A DNA stretch of 64,000 nucleotides from Carcharhinus longimanus (taxonomy: Eukaryota): contig JASCQW010000168.1 in the NCBI GenBank assembly GCA_030264375.1, forward strand, positions 10,989,500 through 11,053,499. The letters are read 5' to 3'. The first letter of the stretch is position 1; every line of letters begins with the position of its first letter. The notes beneath the pieces are model-generated. The model saw only the letters and a program-made list of their open reading frames with translations. It had not been told where the DNA came from and did not search any database. The position numbers and the translations under genes were made by a program. Shown piece by piece: positions 56,990-64,000 of this stretch.

Positions 56990-57350
56990 CATGCTGAACC
57001 TCATCTGCTGAAGAAGCTCTCAACAATGCCTTTTGTTACCTGGACACTTGACTATCCCTACATACACTTGGCTGGATTCTCATCTCCCACCCTCCATAAA
57101 CTGGAGCTTATCCATAACTCCACTGTTTGCATTCTAATGTACATTTGGTCCCAGATAGCCATGAACCTTGTACCTGCTGGCTTACATTGGCTCCCAGTTC
57201 TGCAATGACTAGATTTTAAAATTCTTCTCCTTGTTCTCAAATCCTTCCACCTCTGTGTGCCTCCTAACTTATAACCCATACCCTCTTTGATATCTACGCT
57301 TTTGCAATTCTCTTGTTCTTTCACTTCTTGGACATTCTTTAAAATCTATC
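56990..57350 (+). mobile_element. L2 LINE ORF2 C-terminal fragment
   Basis: TLHKLELIHNSTVCIL..LHWLPVLQ*LDFKILLLVLKS (LHWLP motif). Confidence 0.8.
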
Positions 57351-58599
57351 TCTGAACGATCTACCCTTTTATCCCCTTAAGTGGCTTAATGAAGCAGTTC
57401 ACATGGGAAATAATAATAATAGACTTTTTTTTTTAAACAGTACACAATTTAAATTTTAACTTTACTTGGTTCACTGGAAAAACTTTTAATTGTGTACTCA
57501 AATGACAGTGGTGAAAATTGATCTCAAAAACTACATTAACAGTGAAAACAGCTCACTTTCTACTGATCAACCTAACTACATAAAGATGGCTCAATACTTG
57601 ACACACATTACTAAACAGCCCGAGACGTACATAAATAGATTCTTCATTAGTCTGAGCAAACTGCCTGCACAAGAAAAGCCTTTCAGGCACACCATACTAA
57701 TAGGATTGGGGTATCCCTCATCTGGTTCCTATTTCCTACTCTACTTTCATCTACAATCAATCATTTTCAATCAAAATTAGGTGTTAAATATTTTTGACCT
57801 TGAAATAAAAGCATTATGTGCAAACTGATCAGTTAGCAACATTTACGACCACTAATTCATTTTCAGCTTTTGTATGCTCATGGTTCCAACCCAATACTGC
57901 ATGGCTGAAAGCTAAATACACTCAAGATTATGAAAACACACACCAACAAGGAAGAAGTTTATTTGCTTAAAAATAAATGTTAACAAAATAGATCACAAAT
58001 ATTTTCAGAGGCGATAGTTGTATCTAAATAAACAAATAAAGTTAGAAATTTTCTGTAGAAGCTAATCTTGCCCACACAGATAGAAATAAATTCAGGGTCA
58101 CAGTACCAAGACTTGGTGATACTATCAGTTAAATTGACAAATGTTCCTGAGTCATGATGCAAGGACCTGACAGGAACAATTGTCAAACAAAATGTGACCC
58201 TAAGCCACATGAAGAAACACTCTGATATGCAGAGTGACTAAAACTTGGACAGAGCAGTGGATTGGAAGAGGTAAAATAGAGGTGGAAATGGTTAAGGAGA
58301 GAATTCCAAAGCTTTGAGCCAAAGCGGTTGAGTGCCTGTTTGCCACCAATTCAAAAGACTGGCAGAACTCTGCTCTCGAGCAAAAGGGAAGAGGAGCTCT
58401 TTCTTCCAATATACAACAGAATAATTTAATCGCACTTGTCTGTATATATCCTCCTGGACACTTTTAAACCTCTTAGCATTGCAACTTTACCACCATTTCT
58501 TGCATTGAAATGTCAGATAGATTTCAAGGAAGTTGCTTTTATACGTGATGCAGCTCATCTTCTAAATAGCTTTCATGTCATGTTACCAGCTTTCCATGA

Positions 58600-58887
58600 C
58601 TTCCATAAAAAACATACAATGCAAAAGGAAGCCATTCAGCCCATCGAGCCTGCACCGACAACAATCCTAAGTATTTACCTTGCTAATTCCCCTGACACTA
58701 AGGGACAATTTATCATGGCCAAACCATCTAACCGGCACATCTTTGGACAGCGGGAGGAAACTGGAGCACCCAGAGGAAACCCTGGAAGAACATGACACGA
58801 GGAAACTATCCACACACAGTCACCCAAGGCCAGAATTGAACCCAGATCCCTGGCGTTGTCAGGCAGTACTACTAACAACTGTGCCAC
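58600..58887 (-). mobile_element. HE1-type SINE
   Basis: Reverse complement of the HE1 body: gggaggaaactggagcacccagaggaaacc..ccacacacagtcacccaaggccagaattgaaccc. Confidence 0.8.
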
Positions 58888-58929
58888 TCCAAGAGTTGTG
58901 ATATCAGCTGTCGGAGCTTTCGTGACATC

Positions 58930-59545
58930 ACTTCTGCTGATGTCTCCCGGAATATGTCCAGCCATAGCATGAGTTATGTGCGAACTTGGAGCAAGTTAAT
59001 GCACTAACTACCCTCGTACTTCTTGGTGCTGCCAAGGAAGACTTGTTGAACGGTACAACATATCCTGTAGTTAATACTGATTGTACCAAAATTATGGCGC
59101 TGGTGGGGAGGATTACATTGGGTGAATTAGGTGGAATGCTTTGTTCTGCAGTGTCAAACTTCTTGAGTATTGCTGCAACTGAATCCATCCAGAGAAGTGT
59201 GGAATATTTCATCCCAACTGTCTTCTGCTTTGTAAATGCCAGAGAAATTTCAGCTAATCAGGAGGTGAGACACTCAAAGAATATCCAGTCCCCGATCTCC
59301 TCTAACAGCCACAGCAATTATGTGGCAGGTGAGTGATGCCCTCCAAGGTGGAGGACTTATTGATGGTAGCGCCATTGAAAAGCAATGGGAGATGATTAGG
59401 TTTTTGTTTGTTGGAAATGGTCATGGAATAACACAGATGTCATTTGCCACATTAGCCCAGGCCAGGATATCGTGCAGGTCTTGTTGCATGCGAACACTGA
59501 TTGCTTCATCATCTGAGGAATTTCAAATACAGCTCAGTATTTGTT
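58930..59545 (-). mobile_element. CR1-clade LINE fragments (second family)
   Basis: KYSTLLWMDSVAAILKKFDT resembles MEYSPLAWMSAAPTTLKKLD; same family at 63040-63840 (+). Confidence 0.55.
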
Positions 59546-59847
59546 AAATACACATCCTCTAACCAATAGCTAGAGCTCCAGTGTTATGAATTCAAAACTT
59601 TACTCAATTAAAAAGTCAGTCTATTTTTACCCAAATTTCTCAATTTACAAATGACACAAAATACCAGTCAGAAGGAATGGTCAAATAAAGCAGGACTTCT
59701 GCAATCTTTTCAGTGCCAGTGAGGACTGCATCTGTGTATCTCTGACAGCAACTTCCAGATTTAGCTGCATTGACTTAACCCCAGAAGTTGCTTTCAGGTG
59801 TTTTACATCAATGAAAGGTAAATAGCCTCACCATTACTCTCTCATCA

Positions 59848-60015
59848 TTTGCTTCTCGGCCTTTTGGCTAAGATCAAGTGTCAGATCAAGCCTAAGGTGG
59901 GATGCAATGCCTAATCTTTTTAGCTTGGATCTTTTTTGTCTTTCTTGTGGAGACCATGAATTGGATTCAACTGGAATTTGATTTTGGGTTTTTGAGCAAG
60001 CAAGGAATGGATTTG
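59848..60015 (+). ncRNA. U2 snRNA-derived sequence (pseudogene or U2-headed SINE)
   Basis: 59851-59881 gcttctcggccttttggctaagatcaagtgt is identical to U2 nt 4-34; diverged similarity continues through stem IIa/IIb and an Sm-like tgggtttttgagca. Confidence 0.85.
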
Positions 60016-60289
60016 AGTCCTATGATAAAAGCAAATTCCTGCGGATGCTGGAATCTGAGACAAAAATAAATCCCGAGTCAATATAATAGAAACCTATAGG
60101 TGGGCTGTCTGAAAGTGAAATACCATTCAAAACAACCATGTGCTCCACCTTTTGAGCAAAGCAATTGTCTGAGGATACCATGTATTATGCTACACCACTA
60201 TTCCAGGCTCAGGAAGGACACAGGAAACCAGGCTGTGAGATAAGTAGGCACTATCAACTACAGCACAACCAGAACATATTTTTAACGCT

Positions 60290-60540
60290 AAACAAATTCC
60301 TCTAACTCGTGTGCCTCTGACGCTAATTTTCAAACTCTCTGTCCACAGGAGAGGTGCCAGAGGACAGCTAATGTGGTAATTATTCAGGAAAAAAAAGTAG
60401 TGATAAACCTGTTAATAAGTAAGTCTAGTGTCAATGTTTGGAAAATTACTTGAAAAATTCTGAGGGATAGAATTAATCTCCATTTGGAGAGGCAAGATTT
60501 AGTCAAGGATAGTCAGCATGGCTTTATCAGGGGGCGTTAA
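60290..60540 (+). mobile_element. CR1 RT N-terminal fragment
   Basis: ggagaggtgccagaggacagctaatgtg (GEVPED..ANV); agtcagcatggcttt (SQHGF). Confidence 0.7.
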
Positions 60541-61115
60541 TACATTTGTGTTGTATTTGCTTTTAATGACATCCTCAAATTTTAATCTTTTGAACACTGG
60601 TATTATTTTGGTCAGTCCATGCTGATGCTTCACCTTCCTGACATGTGGTGCCAAAAAATTGAATGCATTACTTCAGTTAGGGTGAGGAAAGCTTTGTACA
60701 ACTGAAGCCTTTCTCCCCTTTGTATTCCAGCTCCCTTGCAATGTTCAATAATCCAAGGCCTAATTGATTACTTTGAGTATTTCTATACTCTCTTGCACAA
60801 CTTATTTTCTTCTTCCTCAATTCTTCATTTTACCTTTACACAAATGCTTTGTTTTGACTTTCTTGGACCCAAAGTGGGTGACCTTGCACTTCTCCATTGA
60901 ACTCCATCTGCCATTGTCTTAACCACTTGTATTATACCTGTGTCCCTTTGTAACTTCCAGCTCTCAGCTATATAACTTATTGTGCTCATAGCTTAGTTGC
61001 ATATCCAAGTTTACAAATTACTCTGTATTTCCTCATCCAAGTTATTGATCCTTATGACAAAAAGTGACACGTCAGCGCACATCCTCGGAGGACATTCCCT
61101 GTCATTTATTTCTCA

Positions 61116-61349
61116 GTAAGAAGCCTCACAATACCACGTTGAAGTCTCAACGGGTTTGTTTGGTGGCGGGGGGCCACTGGCTTTCGGGGTGCTGCTCCTT
61201 CATCAGGTGACTCACCTGGTGCAGGAGCGACGCTTCGGGGGCTGGTGGCTTTTGCTACCAAATAGACCTGTCAGACTTTGGCCTGGTATTATGAGATTTC
61301 TTACTGTGTTTACCCCCGTCCAATGCCAGCATCTCCACATCATGGCTAC
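61116..61349 (+). mobile_element. Palindromic Penelope-derived element with 13-bp TSD, hammerhead motifs and A-to-G hypermutation
   Basis: TSD catttatttctca at 61103-61115 and 61350-61362; ~95-bp arms around 61211; minus strand reads cacCTGATGAaggagcagcacccCGAAAgc. Confidence 0.88.
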
Positions 61350-61843
61350 CATTTATTTCTCAACCAATTATCAACATGTTGAGGTCTTCTCCAATTCTGT
61401 CTTTTTGCTAATATCTTGTGTAGGTGTTGAATGATTTCTGGATGTGCAAACTAGGAGCTGGAGTAGGACATTCAGCCCTTTTGAGCCTGCTCCCACATTT
61501 AATAAGATTATGACTGATGTGATTGTGCCCTCAACTCCACATTCCAACCTACCCCAGATAGACAACATTGACAGACCCTCCTTCATCTGCTCCATCAGTG
61601 AGCTTCCCAACTATTCAGCTTAATTAGTTAGATATGAATTGCCCTTGTATCCATGTTTCATCTTTAATCAAACTTGACAAAGCCCTCACCCACTAATTGT
61701 AAATTGTATTAACTTCTCCACAAATGATGTCAAAATCATGGATCTCCTTTTTTCCCCTCGCCTTTAATGTCTTGGAATGGAAATCATTTGATCCTGCAGA
61801 TTTGTCGACGTTAGGTCCCATTATTTTCTTTACTCTTTCTTTC

Positions 61844-62130
61844 ATTGCTCTCAGTGCCAGGGACCCAGGTTCAATTCCTGGCCTGGGTCACTGTCTATGT
61901 GGAGTTTGTACATGCTCCCCATGTCTGCGAGGGTTTCCTCTGGGTGCTCCAGTTTCCTCCCACAATCCAAGATGTGTGGGTTAGGTGCATTGGTGGTGCT
62001 AAATTGCCCTTAACATTAGAGGGACCAGCAGAGTAAATGCATGGGGTTATGAGGATAGGGCCTGGGTGGGATTGTGGTCAGTGCAGACTTGATGGGTTGA
62101 ATGGCCTTCTGCACTGTAGGATTCTATGAT
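61844..62130 (+). mobile_element. HE1-type SINE
   Basis: gccagggacccaggttcaattcctggcctgggtcactgtctatgtggagtttg..gcactgtaggattctatgat. Confidence 0.8.
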
Positions 62131-62479
62131 ACTCCTAAATAAAATATATTCCTCTTTGGCTGTGTGTATGTTGTCTTGCACTGATGTTTTGTTCTCTCCT
62201 TTTACTGTGAGGATAAATACAAATTAGTCATTTAAGAAGCCTGTAATTTCCTTTTTTTTTAATTATCTTCTCATCCTGCTTTTGCATTTAATGGACTTAG
62301 GTTGCTCCTCACCAATCTTCGTCAATGTATCTATTCAATTTGATATCCCTTGCAAGTGTTTTTTTAGTGTAGCATTTTTCTATATTTCTTGCCTGTTTTA
62401 AATCTACGTACAAAACAACTTTGTTGCTTTAGTAACCAGTTATTATTGGAAAGTGCTTAGTTTCACCCTTGCTGCCTGG

Positions 62480-62780
62480 CGGAAATTGAGAGCTCTGACA
62501 AGATTATCTTGTTGAGTGATATTTGAGAGATAGGTATTGGTGAGGACGCCAAGCAAACACCTGGTCTTTGAAATAGTGGCATGGATTGTATTGCCATCTG
62601 CTTACCAGGACAGGTTTAATGTCTCATCTGCAAGATGGTATCTCTGACAATGTAGCCCCTATCAGTGCAGCACTGGAGTCTTCACTCAGACTATATTTTG
62701 TGCTTTGGTATCTGGAGCAGTTGTTGAATCCACAACCTTCTGCTTAAGAGCTGAGAATTAGAACACTGAATTGAGGTTAG
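62480..62780 (-). mobile_element. DeuSINE (SacSINE1/AmnSINE-like) remnant
   Basis: Minus strand: gcagaaggttgtggattcaa (tRNA B box)..ctccagtgctgcactg..gatgagacattaaacc..ccatgccactatttcaaag (Deu-domain-like). Confidence 0.6.
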
Positions 62781-63039
62781 ATATTTCATATGATGGTCAC
62801 TCGACGCAAGATGTTCCCTTACAGCTGGTTTGTTAATCAATTTTGGTTCCATACTCATCAAATCTAGTGTGACCATCCTCCTTGTCAATGCTAAAATGTA
62901 TTGTGCCCAAAAACAGTCCTAAATATATTTGAGATTTGGTTCCTTTAGCATTGGAGCTGTTTTGCTTCTCCCAGTCTGTTATCTAGGATCATAAACATGC
63001 CCTTATAATGAAACAGTCTGTGCATGCATACAATAAGAT

Positions 63040-64000
63040 CAGGGTAATATTCAGGCTTAGAATGATAAGTGATGAGTAACAGATAACATTGATGCCATAC
63101 TATCACCAGTCTGATGACCACCAGTAGTGTTACTGTGACTGAATCTTAATGATCAAGTTCCTGGGGTCATCACGGCCAGAAGCTTAACTGGATCAGCCGT
63201 ACGTATACTGTGAATTAAGAGCAGATCAGGGGTTTGGAATTTTGCAGTGAATAACTTGCTTTCTGACTTGGCAAAGCGTGTCCACCATCTAAAGGGCACA
63301 AGTTAGGAGTATGATATGATGCTGTCTACTTGTCTTGCTAAGTGAAATTCCTATTTACAAATGGATGATATTCTGCTGCAAAGCCATCAACAATTCAATT
63401 GCGACAGCTCTTATAACAGAGATTGCATTTGTTTGTGAATAAGTATGAGCAAATTCAGAGTGCTGCTGTCATTGTGAAATTTAACCTGATATTTTCCAAC
63501 TTGCCCAGATGAATCCAACTTCAAGAAGATATGAAGCTCGACGCAGTCCAAGGCAAAACAGCCTGCTTGATTGGCACTCATCCACTACCCTAAACATTAA
63601 TTTCCTCCACTGCAAATGCATCATAGCAGCAGTGTGTACCATCTGCGATACATTGCAGCAACTCGCCAAGGCTCCTTTGACAGCACCTTCCAAATCCATC
63701 TCTAATGCTTAGAAGGACAATCTACAGTTTCCCCCAAATCACATTCCGTCATACTTGGCGATGTATTGCTTTTCCTTCTGTGGTGGGTCACTGCCTCTAG
63801 TAGGAACTCATTAATAGCACTGTAGGTGTACCTAAACCACAGGGGAGGCAGTAGCATTGTGGTATTTTTCTGGAGTAGTGACTGAGACCTAGAGTAATAA
63901 TCTGGGGACCCATGTTCGGATTCCACCACACCAGATGGTGAAATTTGAATTAAAAAATGTCTAATGACCATGAAATTATTGTCAATTGTTGTAAAAGCAC
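63040..64000 (+). mobile_element. CR1-clade LINE fragments followed by a tRNA-SINE head (~63845-64000)
   Basis: tgtccaccatctaaagggcacaagttaggagtatgat; cagcctgcttgattggcac; gtggtatt..gtaataatctggggacccatgttcggattccaccacaccagatggtgaaatttgaatt. Confidence 0.6.

Overview
Eukaryotic genomic DNA from a cartilaginous fish, almost certainly a shark (HE1-type V-SINEs, shark-type CR1/L2 LINEs and a DeuSINE), from a draft assembly with about 15 N-gaps. The whole window lies inside one minus-strand vinculin (vcl) gene. I mapped 17 consecutive coding exons (human-equivalent exons 2-18, about residues 57-915, 2577 nt). All have GT..AG boundaries, match the human exon lengths as I recall them, and join in an open frame. 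Exon 1 lies beyond 64000; the metavinculin and tail exons lie before position 1. The introns are full of decayed retroelements (CR1, L2, Vingi-like, Gypsy, tRNA-SINEs) and MITE-like elements. Most notable: (1) a family of short palindromic, TSD-flanked Penelope-derived elements with head-to-head minimal hammerhead-ribozyme motifs; (2) one copy (61116-61349) with about 19 same-strand A-to-G changes in both hairpin arms, which looks like a genomic fossil of ADAR hyper-editing fixed by retrotransposition; (3) a U2-snRNA-derived element whose branch-point-pairing region is interrupted while stem IIb can still pair; (4) a ~450-bp fold-back duplication inside a Gypsy pol. Most other ORFs in the track are TE fragments or noise. 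Repeat boundaries are approximate and family names come from recall, not from a search.
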